Shown here in pieces: positions 31,879 to 41,969 of a stretch of 64,000 bases of DNA. Made by a program: the position numbers and the translations under genes. Source of the DNA: Polyangiaceae bacterium (GTDB lineage Bacteria; Myxococcota_A; Polyangia; Polyangiales; Polyangiaceae); contig JAPSGB010000005.1 of the NCBI GenBank assembly GCA_035063585.1, positions 128,001 through 192,000 on the forward strand, read 5' to 3'. The notes under the pieces were generated by a model, which was not told where the DNA came from, searched no databases, and worked only from the letters and a program-made list of their open reading frames with translations. How positions within the stretch are numbered: position 1 is the stretch's first letter; each line of letters starts with the position of its first letter.

Positions 31879-34437
31879 TCAGCGCGAGCCGCGCGCCGCC
31901 GCGAGCTTCCAGAGCTCGGACCCGGTGACGCTGAGCGCGCCTGCGGCCGCCGCCAGGGCCGCGTAGAGAGGGTTCGGAGCGGCGAACCGAAAGAGCCGGG
32001 AGACGTCCGGCACATAGAGGCTCACCGCGAGGAAGACGAACGCGCCGGCGACGACCCACCAGAGGGCACGGTTCGGCGTGCGAAGCCGCGAGAGTGCGGT
32101 CGCGGCGAGCGAGCGGTTCACCAAGATGACCGCGAGGTTGCCGAGCACCATCGTGACGAAGGCGAGCGCGCGGGCCTCGTCCTCCGGGATTCCGCGCCGC
32201 CCCGACCACCAGTAGACCAGCGCGACGACGCCGAGCACGGTAAGCCCCTGGGCTAGCGCGAAGACGAGGAGCGAGCCGCCGAAGAGCGGAGCCTCGACCG
32301 AGCGAGGCGGGCGGCGCATCACGTCCGGCTCCTCGGGCTCGGCTTCGAACACGATGGAGCAGGAGGGATCGATGATGAGCTCGAGGAAGACCACATGCAC
32401 GGGGTGGAGCATCAGCGGCCAGCCGAAGAGCACCGGCAGCAGCGACATCCCGGCGATGGGGACGTGCACCGCCACGATGTAGGAGAGCGCCTTCTGCAGG
32501 TTGTCGACCACGCGTCGGCCCATCCTCACCGCGGCGACGATGCTGCCGAAATCGTCGTCCACGAGCACCAGCGCGGCGCTCTCGCGCGCGACGTCGGTGC
32601 CGCGGGCCCCCATCGCGATACCGATGTCGGCGGCCTTGAGCGCCGGCGCGTCGTTCACTCCGTCGCCGGTCATCGCGACTACCTCTCGGTCGCGACGGAG
32701 CGCCTCGACCAAGCGGAGCTTCTGGATCGGCACCACGCGGGCGAAGATGGTCGCGGTGCGAGCCTGCTCGGCGAGCGTCGCGTCATCCATGGCGTCGAGC
32801 TCTGGACCGGTGAGCAGCGGCCCGTCCGGGAGCGAGAGCTCGCGGGCCACCGCGCGCGCCGTCTCCGGGTAGTCGCCGGTGAGCATCATCACGCGGAGGC
32901 CCGCGTGATGACAGTCCGCGATCGCGCCCGCGACGCCGCTCCGCACCGGATCGGCGAGCCCGACCAACCCAACCAGCTCGAAGGCGAAGGCGTGCTGGTG
33001 TGCGGGGAGCTCCCCCTCGAACCACGCGCGCGCGACCCCGAGGACCCGGAGGCCCTCGCCGGCGAGCTCGGAGGCCGCTGCGAGCACGCGCGCGACCGTG
33101 TCGGGGTCGAGGTGGCAGAGATCCACGATGGCCTCCGGTGCGCCCTTCGCCGCTACCACGTAGCGGCCGCCCTCGGGCGAGCGCCATACGTGCGACAGGG
33201 CCAGGAGCTCCGGTGAGAGCGGGTATTCGCGCTGCAAGGTCCAGCTCGCGTGCAGGTGCTCGGTGCCGGAGAGCTCGCGGTTGCCGAGCTCGTGAAAGGC
33301 GAGCTCCATGGGGTCGAAGGGATCGCGCTGGCTCGCCAGGATCCCGAACTCGACGAGCTCGTGCACCGACTCCGGGAGCGGCTCGCTCCGCGGCGTGCGC
33401 TCGTGAGCGCCCTCGCCGCGAGCGCCGGGCCAGAGCCGGCGGATCGCCATCTTGTTCTCGGTGAGCGTGCCGGTCTTGTCGACGCAGAGCACGGTCGCCG
33501 AGCCGAGCGCCTCGATAGCGGCCACTCGTCGCGCCAAGACGCGTTGCTTCGCCAAGCGCCACGCGCCGAGCGCGAAGAACACGGTGAGCACCACCGGGAA
33601 CTCCTCGGGCAGGACCGCCATCGCGAGCGTGAGGCCCGCGAGCAGCCCGTGGAGCCAGTCGTGGCGGGTAACGCCGTAGGTGACGAGCACGACCGTGCAG
33701 AGGATGACGCCGCCGATGGCGAACACCTTGACGAGCCGCCGCACCTCGCGCTGAACGCGGGTCGGGCCCGGCTCGAGGGAGCCGAGGGCGGCGCCGAGTT
33801 TGCCGACCTCGGTCTTCTCGCCGATGGCGAGGACCCGCAAGACCCCGGTGCCGCGCACCACCAGCGTGCTCGAGAACGCATAGGGCGAGTCGTCGCCCCC
33901 CGGCGCGCCCATGGCGCTCGGAGGCGACGACGCGGCGAGCTTTCGCACCGCGAGCGACTCGCCGGTGAGGAGCGACTCGTCGATCTGGAGGTTCATGCTC
34001 GCGAGCAGCGCGCCGTCGGCAGGGACGCGATCGCCCTCGGTGAGCAGGACCACGTCCCCGCGCGCGACGTCGCGGCCGGCGACCCGGCGGAGCTGGCCGT
34101 CGCGGCAGACGAGCGCGCGCGGGCTCGAGAGATCACGGAGCGCCCCCACCGCCCGCTCGGTCTTGCGCTCCTCCACGATGGTGATGCCCATCACCACGCC
34201 GACGAACCCGAGGAGCGTCAAGGCCTCTTCTAGATCGCCGAGCGTGAGGTAGAGGGCGCCGCAGGCGAGCAGGAGCAGGAACATCGGCTCGCGGACCACC
34301 TCGAGCGCGATGGCGAACGCCGAGCGCGCCCTCGCCGCTCGGAGCTCGTTCGGTCCCTCGGCGGCGAGGCGCGCTCCCGCCTCGCGCTCGCTGAGGCCGA
34401 CATGGCTGCGTGGGTCGAGCGGGTCGCGTGCGTCCAT
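31879..34437 (-). CDS. Cation-translocating P-type ATPase (type II-like)
   Basis: LTGES, VLPEEFP, DKTGTLT, KGAPE, TGD, TGDGVNDAPAL. Confidence 0.95.
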   Translation of the reverse strand: MDARDPLDPRSHVGLSEREAGARLAAEGPNELRAARARSAFAIALEVVREPMFLLLLACGALYLTLGDLEEALTLLGFVGVVMGITIVEERKTERAVGALRDLSSPRALVCRDGQLRRVAGRDVARGDVVLLTEGDRVPADGALLASMNLQIDESLLTGESLAVRKLAASSPPSAMGAPGGDDSPYAFSSTLVVRGTGVLRVLAIGEKTEVGKLGAALGSLEPGPTRVQREVRRLVKVFAIGGVILCTVVLVTYGVTRHDWLHGLLAGLTLAMAVLPEEFPVVLTVFFALGAWRLAKQRVLARRVAAIEALGSATVLCVDKTGTLTENKMAIRRLWPGARGEGAHERTPRSEPLPESVHELVEFGILASQRDPFDPMELAFHELGNRELSGTEHLHASWTLQREYPLSPELLALSHVWRSPEGGRYVVAAKGAPEAIVDLCHLDPDTVARVLAAASELAGEGLRVLGVARAWFEGELPAHQHAFAFELVGLVGLADPVRSGVAGAIADCHHAGLRVMMLTGDYPETARAVARELSLPDGPLLTGPELDAMDDATLAEQARTATIFARVVPIQKLRLVEALRRDREVVAMTGDGVNDAPALKAADIGIAMGARGTDVARESAALVLVDDDFGSIVAAVRMGRRVVDNLQKALSYIVAVHVPIAGMSLLPVLFGWPLMLHPVHVVFLELIIDPSCSIVFEAEPEEPDVMRRPPRSVEAPLFGGSLLVFALAQGLTVLGVVALVYWWSGRRGIPEDEARALAFVTMVLGNLAVILVNRSLAATALSRLRTPNRALWWVVAGAFVFLAVSLYVPDVSRLFRFAAPNPLYAALAAAAGALSVTGSELWKLAAARGSR

Positions 34438-34612
34438 GTTCGAGGGAGCCTAGCCGAAGCGTGCGCGGCTCGAGCAGACGCCCCGCGAGGTATTCGCCGC
34501 TCGCGACGTGACAGCTGGGGCGGGGGAGGCTAGATCCCTCGGGCTCCGGCTCGTGGCGGCGCCGCGCGCGTCCCGCGACGAGCGTGCCACTCCGTCTCCC
34601 AATCGTCGAACG

Positions 34613-35956
34613 ATGCGCCGAACCCTCGCCTTCACCCTGGTCGCCAGTCTCGTCTTCGCCTGTTCGCGCGAGAAGCCGCTCGAGCGCACGAGCGCGGCCG
34701 CGCCGCCGAGCGCGGAGGCGCCGCTCGCGTCCGCAGTGGTGGCCGCGGAGCCGCCCAAGCCGGCGCCGAAGCGTCCCTACAACGTCATCCTCATCATGGT
34801 CGACAGCCTGCGCGCAGACATGCCGTGGTCCGGCTATTCTCGGCCCATCGCGCCCTGGCTCACCGAGTTCGAGAAGAAGAGCGTGAGCTACACGCGCGCG
34901 TATTCGCTCTCGAGCTATACGGCGAAATCGGTCGCGCCCGCGCTGGTCGGGAAGTACCCGTCCGAGATGGAGCGTGACGGGTACTTCTTCACCCGCTGGC
35001 TCCCGGCGAACCTGTTCGTCACCGAGCGGCTGCAGAAGGCCGGGATGCGGACCATGGCCGGAAACGGGCACGGCTATTTTCTGCCGAACATGGGGCTCAA
35101 CCAGGGTTTCGACGACTATCGCCTCCTGCCGGGCACCTTCCTCGATCTCACCGGCGTGCACGACATCACGAGCGAGGCGATGAACAAGCAGGCCAAGGAG
35201 ATGCTGTCCGACCCTTCCAACGTGAAGCTGCCGGAAGGGAAGCGATTCTTCGCATATTTTCACTTCCTCGACCCGCACTACGTCTACTTCAAGCACGAAG
35301 GTCACCCGGACTTCGGCGACCGGCGGCGTGACCTCTACGACAACGAGGTCCACTACACCGACCACTGGGTGGGAGATCTGGTCGACTGGGTGTACGAGCA
35401 ACCGTGGGGCCCCGAGACGGCGGTCATCATCACGGCGGATCACGGAGAGGGCTTCGGAGAGCACGGGCAGTACCGGCACGCGTACGAGATCTGGGAGTCG
35501 CTCGTGCACGTGCCCTGGTTCATCCACGTCCCAGGCGCGCCAGCGCACCGGATCGAGACCCCACGCGGCCATATCGATCTCGCGCCGACGGTGGCCGATC
35601 TCATGGGCGTCGCGGCGGAGCCGCCCTTCCGCGGCGTGAGCCTCCTGCCCGAGGTGTTCGGCGAGGAGGCCAAGCCCCGCCCGGTGATCATCGATTTGCC
35701 ACGCTGTGATCTCATGGATCGGAGGCGCGCGCTCGTCTGGAACGGCTACAAGCTCCTCGCCTTCGGCGATGACTACAAGTTCATGCTCTTCGACCTGGAC
35801 CACGACCCGAACGAGGAGCACGACCTCGCGAGCAAGCAGCCCGAGAAGCTCGCCGAAATGAAGAAGCTCTACCAGGAGCTCTCGGACGGGATCCCCAAGA
35901 CGCCAGTGACGGGCGGGGTTGCGCTCAAGGGGGCGCGGCCCTCGCAGCGCTACTGA
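34613..35956 (+). CDS. Sulfatase-like (alkaline phosphatase superfamily) lipoprotein
   Basis: Lipobox VFAC, NVILIMVDSLRAD, DPH, ITADHGE, HVPW, IDLAPT. Nucleophile position reads SYTAKS rather than CxPxR. Confidence 0.85.
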   Translation: MRRTLAFTLVASLVFACSREKPLERTSAAAPPSAEAPLASAVVAAEPPKPAPKRPYNVILIMVDSLRADMPWSGYSRPIAPWLTEFEKKSVSYTRAYSLSSYTAKSVAPALVGKYPSEMERDGYFFTRWLPANLFVTERLQKAGMRTMAGNGHGYFLPNMGLNQGFDDYRLLPGTFLDLTGVHDITSEAMNKQAKEMLSDPSNVKLPEGKRFFAYFHFLDPHYVYFKHEGHPDFGDRRRDLYDNEVHYTDHWVGDLVDWVYEQPWGPETAVIITADHGEGFGEHGQYRHAYEIWESLVHVPWFIHVPGAPAHRIETPRGHIDLAPTVADLMGVAAEPPFRGVSLLPEVFGEEAKPRPVIIDLPRCDLMDRRRALVWNGYKLLAFGDDYKFMLFDLDHDPNEEHDLASKQPEKLAEMKKLYQELSDGIPKTPVTGGVALKGARPSQRY

Positions 35957-37545
35957 GTAGGGCGCGCCTTGGCGACCGCTGCCGCGACCGCGTCGGCGGA
36001 TTTTGCGCGCGCGAGCGCCTCCGCGCGCGTCCGAGCGTCATCGAGGCGCGCCGCGGCGCTCCGGTAGCGCCCGGCGAGACCCCGGAAGAAGCCCGGGTCC
36101 GACGCGCCGGGTGGGTTCAAGCCGAGGATGAGCGCGGCGTTCCACGCGGCCATCCCGGCGAGCCGGCCCTCGCCGCGCGCGAGGGCGTCGAGGCGAGCCA
36201 CGTTGCCGACGCCGCGAGGCAGGAGCGGCCCCTCGAGCATCATCTGCGCGGCGTCGCGCGGCCCTCCTTCGAGCGCGCTCGCCACCGCCTGGATGAGCTC
36301 CACCTCGGCGCGGCCGGCGTCGTCGGGCGCGGAGCCGCCCGCGATGGCGGCGGCCTTCACGAAGTCTCCCGACCTCCAGTAGAGTTCGCCGAGCCTCACG
36401 AGCGCTCGCGAGTAGAGCATTCGCGAGCCGGCCGAGAGCGCCGTCGACTCGAGGCGCGCCCGCACCGCTGGCGGTAGCCCGCGCTCGAGGAGCGCGCGGA
36501 GCACGCGCGGGTCGTCGGCGGCGGTGGCCGGGAGCAGCCGGGAGCCGTAGAACGTCGGGAGCCGCGCCGCGAGCCGCTCCTCGACGGTCGCGCTCCCGAG
36601 CGGTGGGAGCGCGGGCAGGAGGAGCTCGTCGAGCCGGTCGATCCTCCGCCCGCCGTAGAGGGCCGAGAGGAGCGCGCGCGCTCGGTCCACCCGCGCGTCG
36701 GCGAGCGCGCCGAGCTCGGCGAAGCGCCGGAGTCCGACCAGGGCGGCGTCGCGTCCGCGATCCTTCCGCGGGTCGAGGACCTGATCGAGCGTCGAGTAGT
36801 AGAGCTCCTTGAGCTCGGCGTCGCCGGCGAGCTCGACGGGGAGCGGGACGTCGCGCACGAGCTCCACGAAGCGCAGGTCCGCCACCCCAGCTTCCACCGC
36901 CACGATGCCGAGGCCGTAGCCGTGGAGCTTCGCGCCGCTGGTCGCCGTCTCGCCGATGGCCCTCGCCTGAGCGCTGATCCACGGCGCCAGCTGCTCGTTG
37001 AAGTAGGGCGTGAAGTGCGCCTTGTCGAAGGGGGCTGCGAGCCGGGGCGGCTCGCTCGCGAGTCGTGCCAGTCGCGCGGCCAGCCCGAGGCCGGTGAGCG
37101 CGTCACGCACGTCCGCGTCGAGTGCGCCGGGGGGCGCCGCGAGCGCAGGCTCGACCAGCGCGTCCCCGCACTCCGCGGGCGCGAGCTCCGCGCGAAGCGC
37201 GCGCATCAGCCCGCGCGGAAAGCTCGCGCACGACTCGAGCCCTGCGAGTCGCGCGTCCCGCTCGGTGACGGCTTCCACCCCGAGCGCTGCGTCGAGCGCG
37301 TCGAGCGGCCGCGCGCCGCAGTCGCCTTCGGTCGGGCTCGCGAGGAGCGGGGCGCAGCTGGCCGGCGCGGCGGGGAGCCCGGCCGGCGGCTCCGGCAGCC
37401 CGCTCGACGGGGATGAACTTGCTCCTGGGAGGGGTGGTCGGGTCGGCGCGGAACCCCGCGGGTCGGGCGCGGCGCTCGGTCGCGCAGGAGCGACGCCGCA
37501 GGCCGCAAGGAAGAGCGAGAGCGCAGCCGCCGCGGAGCGAATCAT
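35950..37545 (-). CDS. Hypothetical helical lipoprotein
   Basis: Start ATG 37545 (MIRSAAAALSLFLAAC lipobox); long ORF with genomic codon bias. Confidence 0.75.
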   Translation of the reverse strand: MIRSAAAALSLFLAACGVAPARPSAAPDPRGSAPTRPPLPGASSSPSSGLPEPPAGLPAAPASCAPLLASPTEGDCGARPLDALDAALGVEAVTERDARLAGLESCASFPRGLMRALRAELAPAECGDALVEPALAAPPGALDADVRDALTGLGLAARLARLASEPPRLAAPFDKAHFTPYFNEQLAPWISAQARAIGETATSGAKLHGYGLGIVAVEAGVADLRFVELVRDVPLPVELAGDAELKELYYSTLDQVLDPRKDRGRDAALVGLRRFAELGALADARVDRARALLSALYGGRRIDRLDELLLPALPPLGSATVEERLAARLPTFYGSRLLPATAADDPRVLRALLERGLPPAVRARLESTALSAGSRMLYSRALVRLGELYWRSGDFVKAAAIAGGSAPDDAGRAEVELIQAVASALEGGPRDAAQMMLEGPLLPRGVGNVARLDALARGEGRLAGMAAWNAALILGLNPPGASDPGFFRGLAGRYRSAAARLDDARTRAEALARAKSADAVAAAVAKARPTQ

Positions 37546-37615
37546 CTGCCGGCGTTTACCATGCGTGCTCACGGGTGGCGCGTTCGCGCCCGGGGCCCGG
37601 CCCCGTCGAGCGCGA

Positions 37616-37627
37616 TGATCTGCGTCA
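37616..37627. promoter_or_regulatory. Candidate Crp/Fnr-family binding site (TGA-N6-TCA)
   Basis: TGATCTGCGTCA about 90 bp upstream of the cytochrome c start, next to a Crp/Fnr regulator gene. Confidence 0.4.
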
Positions 37628-37713
37628 CCGGGCTCGGCCTTGTCCGTCATCAAGCTTGCTTCCGGGGAACCCTGGATGGTATGGCGAGGCGCACTTTCGT
37701 GGAGGTACTGACG

Positions 37714-38136
37714 ATGAAGATGCTCACCCCGTTGGCTCTCGTGCTCTCTGCCGGGCTCGCGCTCGCTGCTTGCGACAAGAAGGATGCGAGCGGCGGCTCA
37801 GACACCTCGGGCGCCAGCCAGCCGACCGCCGCGGCCGCAGCGCCCGCCGATCCGGCCGCTGACGCGAAGAAGATGTTCGCGGGGGAGTGCTCGACCTGCC
37901 ACGGCGCGGACGGCAAGGGCGACGGCCCTGGCGCCGCGGCCCTCAACCCCAAGCCCCGGGATTTCGCGGACGCGGCCTGGCAGGACAAGACGCCGGACGA
38001 CGAGCTCAGCAAGGTCATCGTCGGCGGTGGCGCTGCCGCGGGCATGAGCGCCGCCATGCCGCCCCACCCGACCCTGAAGAAGAAGCCCGAGGTCGTGGCC
38101 GAGCTCATCAAGATCATCCGCGGCTTCAAGAAGTAG
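37714..38136 (+). CDS. Monoheme c-type cytochrome lipoprotein
   Basis: GGAGG RBS, lipobox LAAC, CSTCH heme motif, GDGPGAAALNPKPRDF, distal Met in AMPP. Confidence 0.92.
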   Translation: MKMLTPLALVLSAGLALAACDKKDASGGSDTSGASQPTAAAAAPADPAADAKKMFAGECSTCHGADGKGDGPGAAALNPKPRDFADAAWQDKTPDDELSKVIVGGGAAAGMSAAMPPHPTLKKKPEVVAELIKIIRGFKK

Positions 38137-38146
38137 CTCCGCGATA

Positions 38147-38175
38147 TTTGCGTCACGTCTTGCGCGTGACGCAAA
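38147..38175. promoter_or_regulatory. Perfect 11-bp inverted repeat (operator or terminator-like hairpin)
   Basis: TTTGCGTCACG-tcttgcg-CGTGACGCAAA between the cytochrome c stop and the Crp/Fnr gene. Confidence 0.55.
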
Positions 38176-38263
38176 CTATGCGTGAATGCGACTGGGACAC
38201 CTCGACATCACTCCTGATCGGTATCAGGTCTTCGAGGGAACGCGTCTTGCCTGAGCGGAGCGC

Positions 38264-38953
38264 ATGGGTCTAGCAGAGGTTCTCGAGCGCGCGCCGTCCT
38301 TCACGGGCGTCGATCGCGCGCTCGTCGAACGTCTTGCTGCGTCCGCCGTGAGCCGCAGCTTCGCTCGTGGGGAGTACCTGTGGAGAGCCGGTGATCCCGC
38401 TCGGTCGCTCACCCTCATCCGCTCGGGGCTGGTCAAGGTCGTGCGAGCGGGCGCCCGCGGGCGCGCGGCGATCTGCGGGCTCTTCGGCCCTCCGGACTGC
38501 ATCGACGACGTCGCCGTTCTGAAGGGGATCGCGCACCCGGCAGACGCGGTGGTGGCGACGGACTCCGCGACGGTGGTCGCGATCCCGTGCGACCTCGTCA
38601 TCGACGCGTCCCAGCGCGATCCGCGGCTCGGAATGGCGATCGCGTGCGGGATGCAGGCCCAGGTCGCGGCGCTCAGCACGAAGATCGACGTCCTCAGCGC
38701 CGGCTCGGTCGAGTCCCGCCTGGCGATGCTCTTGCTCCGCCTCTACGATCAACTGGGAGACGACTTCGAGGACGGGACCTCGGTGATCCCCGTGTCGCTG
38801 TCGCGCCGCGAGCTCGCCGATCTGGTGAGCACCTCGTTCGAGACCGCGATCCGCGTGATGACCCGCTGGGAGCGCGAGCAGGTCGTGAGCACGGAGTCGG
38901 CCGGCTTCACCGTGCACGACATGAACGCGCTCCGGAGCGCCGCCGAGCCGTGA
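38264..38953 (+). CDS. Crp/Fnr-family transcriptional regulator
   Basis: cNMP-binding-like domain (LIRSGLVKV), SVESRLA hinge, HTH LSRRELADLVSTSFETAIR. Confidence 0.92.
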   Translation: MGLAEVLERAPSFTGVDRALVERLAASAVSRSFARGEYLWRAGDPARSLTLIRSGLVKVVRAGARGRAAICGLFGPPDCIDDVAVLKGIAHPADAVVATDSATVVAIPCDLVIDASQRDPRLGMAIACGMQAQVAALSTKIDVLSAGSVESRLAMLLLRLYDQLGDDFEDGTSVIPVSLSRRELADLVSTSFETAIRVMTRWEREQVVSTESAGFTVHDMNALRSAAEP

Positions 38954-39240
38954 ACCGGCGCCTGGGCGTCTCACGCCGCTTGGCGAGCGTGAACGAGGCC
39001 CGGCTCTGCTCGTCCGGCCGCGGCGGCGAGGGGCGGAGGGTGGGCGACACGGGGCGCCCTATCGGGATGGGCCAGCTGCTTCCGCGACGCGGTCGCGCAC
39101 ATCGAGGCGCTCGGACTCGCGCCAGCCGTATCGGTCGGGTTCGTCGCGATGCGCGCCGGAGCTCGCCGCCTCGAGCGCGGCCGGGTTCCGCGGGCGCTTC
39201 GCTGGCGGCGCCTGGGCGGGGAGGCTAGCCTCACGGGATC

Positions 39241-40851
39241 GTGTCCACGCTGCGCGAGCTGCTCTCGTATCTCCGGCGCCCCGAGGTGTGCGAGCTCGTC
39301 CTCCAGACCGACGCCACGCCCGCGCTCCGGGTCGGGGACGAGCTTCGCGCGCTCTCGTCCGAGCGCCTGGGACCGGGCGACGTCGAGGCGCTCGTCACGG
39401 GCTCGCCGCTCGAGCCGCTGGTCCCCTCCGCCGACACCCGGGGTGACACCGCGAGCGTGGAGCTCGACGGCGCGCATTACGCGGTGAAGGTCGCGCGGAC
39501 TGGGCCGCGCTTGCAGGTTCGCATCGCTCGCGCGCCACGCGTCGCTGCGCGTCCGCGCGCCGATGCGGAGCAGACGCAGCGGGCGAGGTACGCGCCCTCC
39601 GGCATCGCCCTCGACGCTCCCGAGCCGCCTGATGAGGTCGTTGCCCCACGCGTGAGCGCCGAGGCATCCGAGCCGAGCGAGCGCCAGCCCGCGCCGCCGG
39701 TCGCGGTCACGGCGGGTGAGCCCGCCGCCTCGGAGCTCGCTCGGCTGCTCGCGTCCGCGCGCGCAGAGCGCGCGAGCGACGTGCATGTGATGGCGGGTGA
39801 CCCGCTGCGGGTGCGGATCGCCGGCATCATGAGGCCGGAAGGAGGGGTCCGGTCGGACGGCGAGGTGCGAGCGCTCCTCGAGCCGCTGCTCGATGCGCGG
39901 CAGCGCGCGCGCCTCGAGGAGCTGGGATACGCGGATTTCGGGCTCGAGCTCCCCGGCGCGGGTCGCCTGCGCGTCAACGTGAGCCGCCAACGCACGGGTC
40001 TCAAGGGATGCTTCCGCCTGGTCGCCTCCGAGCCCCCCAAGCTCGAAGCGCTCGGGTTGCCGGAGGAGCTCGGCCGGGTCGCGATGTATCACCAGGGGCT
40101 CGTCATCGTGTCGGGGCCGAGCGGTCACGGCAAGACGACCACCATGGCGTCGCTCGTCGCTCGTCTGAACGAGGAGAAGCCGATCCACATCATCACCGTG
40201 GAGGACCCGGTGGAGGTGCTTCACCCCGTGAAGCGCGCCATCGTGACCCAGCGCGAGGTCGGGCTCCATACCGACAGCTTCAAGGCCGCGCTGAAGGGCG
40301 CGCTCCGTGAGGATCCGGACGTCATCGCCATCGGAGAGCTGCGCGATCGCGAGACGGTGGAGATGGCTCTGGGCGCCGCGGAGACCGGTCACCTGGTGCT
40401 CGCCACCATGAGCACGCCGTCCGGCGCGCGCACCATCGATCGCTTGATCGACATGTTCCCTCCGGATGACCAGGCCCAGGTGCGCGCGACCCTCGCTGGG
40501 GCGCTGAAGCTCATCATCAGCCAGCGCTTGGTGCCCACGGTCGATGGGTCGCGACTGGTCGCAGCGGCAGAGCTCATCACCGGGGGCATCCCGCTCTGGA
40601 CGCTCATTCGTGACAACAAGCTCTTCCAGCTGCCGAGCCTGCTGCAGCGGGGTCGCGCCTACGGGATGATTCGCTTCGATGACTCGCTGGCCGAGCTCGT
40701 GCGCCGAGGCCTGGTAGAGCGCGAGGTGGCGCGCACCTACGCCGACGATCCGCGGCTGCCCCAGCTCGACGCGCTGGACCAGCCGGCGCCTCCGCCGGAG
40801 GCGCCGGCGGCGCCGCAGCAGCGCGGGTTTCTCGGATGGCGGGGTCGCTGA
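39241..40851 (+). CDS. PilT/PilU-family ATPase with an extra N-terminal domain and Pro-rich linker
   Basis: ASDVHV, GPSGHGKTT, HIITVEDPVE, QREVG, LREDPDVIAIGELRD. Confidence 0.9.
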   Translation: MSTLRELLSYLRRPEVCELVLQTDATPALRVGDELRALSSERLGPGDVEALVTGSPLEPLVPSADTRGDTASVELDGAHYAVKVARTGPRLQVRIARAPRVAARPRADAEQTQRARYAPSGIALDAPEPPDEVVAPRVSAEASEPSERQPAPPVAVTAGEPAASELARLLASARAERASDVHVMAGDPLRVRIAGIMRPEGGVRSDGEVRALLEPLLDARQRARLEELGYADFGLELPGAGRLRVNVSRQRTGLKGCFRLVASEPPKLEALGLPEELGRVAMYHQGLVIVSGPSGHGKTTTMASLVARLNEEKPIHIITVEDPVEVLHPVKRAIVTQREVGLHTDSFKAALKGALREDPDVIAIGELRDRETVEMALGAAETGHLVLATMSTPSGARTIDRLIDMFPPDDQAQVRATLAGALKLIISQRLVPTVDGSRLVAAAELITGGIPLWTLIRDNKLFQLPSLLQRGRAYGMIRFDDSLAELVRRGLVEREVARTYADDPRLPQLDALDQPAPPPEAPAAPQQRGFLGWRGR

Positions 40852-41936
40852 TGGCCGCCATCGATCGACTCTTCGACCAGATGCTCGCCGCGGGCGGCTC
40901 GGATCTGCACCTCTCCGTCGGCTATCCGCCGACCATCCGCAGCCGGGGCGATCTCGTGCCCATCGGTGAGGTCCCGCTCGAGCGGAGCGACCTCGAGGCG
41001 CTCCTCTACCCCATCATCGACGCCGAGCGCCGCGCGTGGTTCGACGCGCATCACGATCTCGATTTTGCGTACGCCTACGAAGACAAGGCCCGCTTCCGCG
41101 CCAACTACCTCTACAAGACCACTGGGCCGGGTGCAGTCTTCCGAACCATCCCGACCCAGGTGCTGACCGCCGAGCAGCTCGGCCTGCCGCCGGCCATCGT
41201 CCGGCTCGCCGAGCGGCGCTCGGGCCTGGTGCTCGTCACCGGTCCCACCGGCAGCGGCAAGAGCACGACGCTCGCCGCCATGATCTCCCACATCAACGCC
41301 ACGAAGTACGGGCACATCCTGACCATCGAGGATCCCGTGGAGTTCGTGCACGCGGCGCTCCGCTGTCAGATCACCCACCGCGAGGTGGGCGTCGACTCGC
41401 CGAGTTTCGCCGACGCGATCCGGAGCGCGGGCCGAGAGAACGCCGACGTGATCCTGGTCGGTGAGCTGCGCGGCCCCGAGACCATGCGGCTGGCGCTGCA
41501 GCTCGCGAGCTTCGGCATCCTCATCTTCGCGACGGTGCACACCAACTCGGCGGCGGCGACCATCGATCGCTTCGTGAACGCGTTTCCGGCGGCCCAGCAG
41601 CCGCAGATTCGCGGAATGCTGAGCGACTCGCTGGCTGGGATCGTGGCGCAGCAGCTCGTGAAGCGAGCCGATGGCGCGGGGCGAGTAGCGGTCCACGAGG
41701 TCTTGGTGGGAAATGGCGCGGTGGCCTCGACCATCCGCGAGGGGAAGACCACCATGATCTCGAGCCTCATCCAAGGCGGCGCGCGCGAGGGCATGCAGAC
41801 CATGGACGGTACGCTCGACAAGCTGGTTCGAGCCGGGACCATCTCCGCCCGCGACGCGCTCGAGAAGGCGCAAGACGTCGAGAGCTTTGCGCGACTGCCG
41901 CACGTCGCGCGAGAGCTCGGCGACCCGGCGACCTGA
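40851..41936 (+). CDS. pilT: PilT-family ATPase
   Basis: GSDLHL, GPTGSGKSTT, HILTIEDPVEF, DVILVGELR, GMQTMD. ATG overlaps the upstream stop. Confidence 0.88.
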   Translation: MAAIDRLFDQMLAAGGSDLHLSVGYPPTIRSRGDLVPIGEVPLERSDLEALLYPIIDAERRAWFDAHHDLDFAYAYEDKARFRANYLYKTTGPGAVFRTIPTQVLTAEQLGLPPAIVRLAERRSGLVLVTGPTGSGKSTTLAAMISHINATKYGHILTIEDPVEFVHAALRCQITHREVGVDSPSFADAIRSAGRENADVILVGELRGPETMRLALQLASFGILIFATVHTNSAAATIDRFVNAFPAAQQPQIRGMLSDSLAGIVAQQLVKRADGAGRVAVHEVLVGNGAVASTIREGKTTMISSLIQGGAREGMQTMDGTLDKLVRAGTISARDALEKAQDVESFARLPHVARELGDPAT

Positions 41937-41969
41937 GTCGGACGCGGCAGACCGCCGGGCGCGCTCGTC

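Noticed and set aside
38147..38175. Canonical intrinsic terminator or exact NnrR/FNR box
   Set aside because: No U-tract follows the stem on either strand, and TTGCG…CGCAA spacing is 5 rather than 4. Reported only as an inverted repeat.
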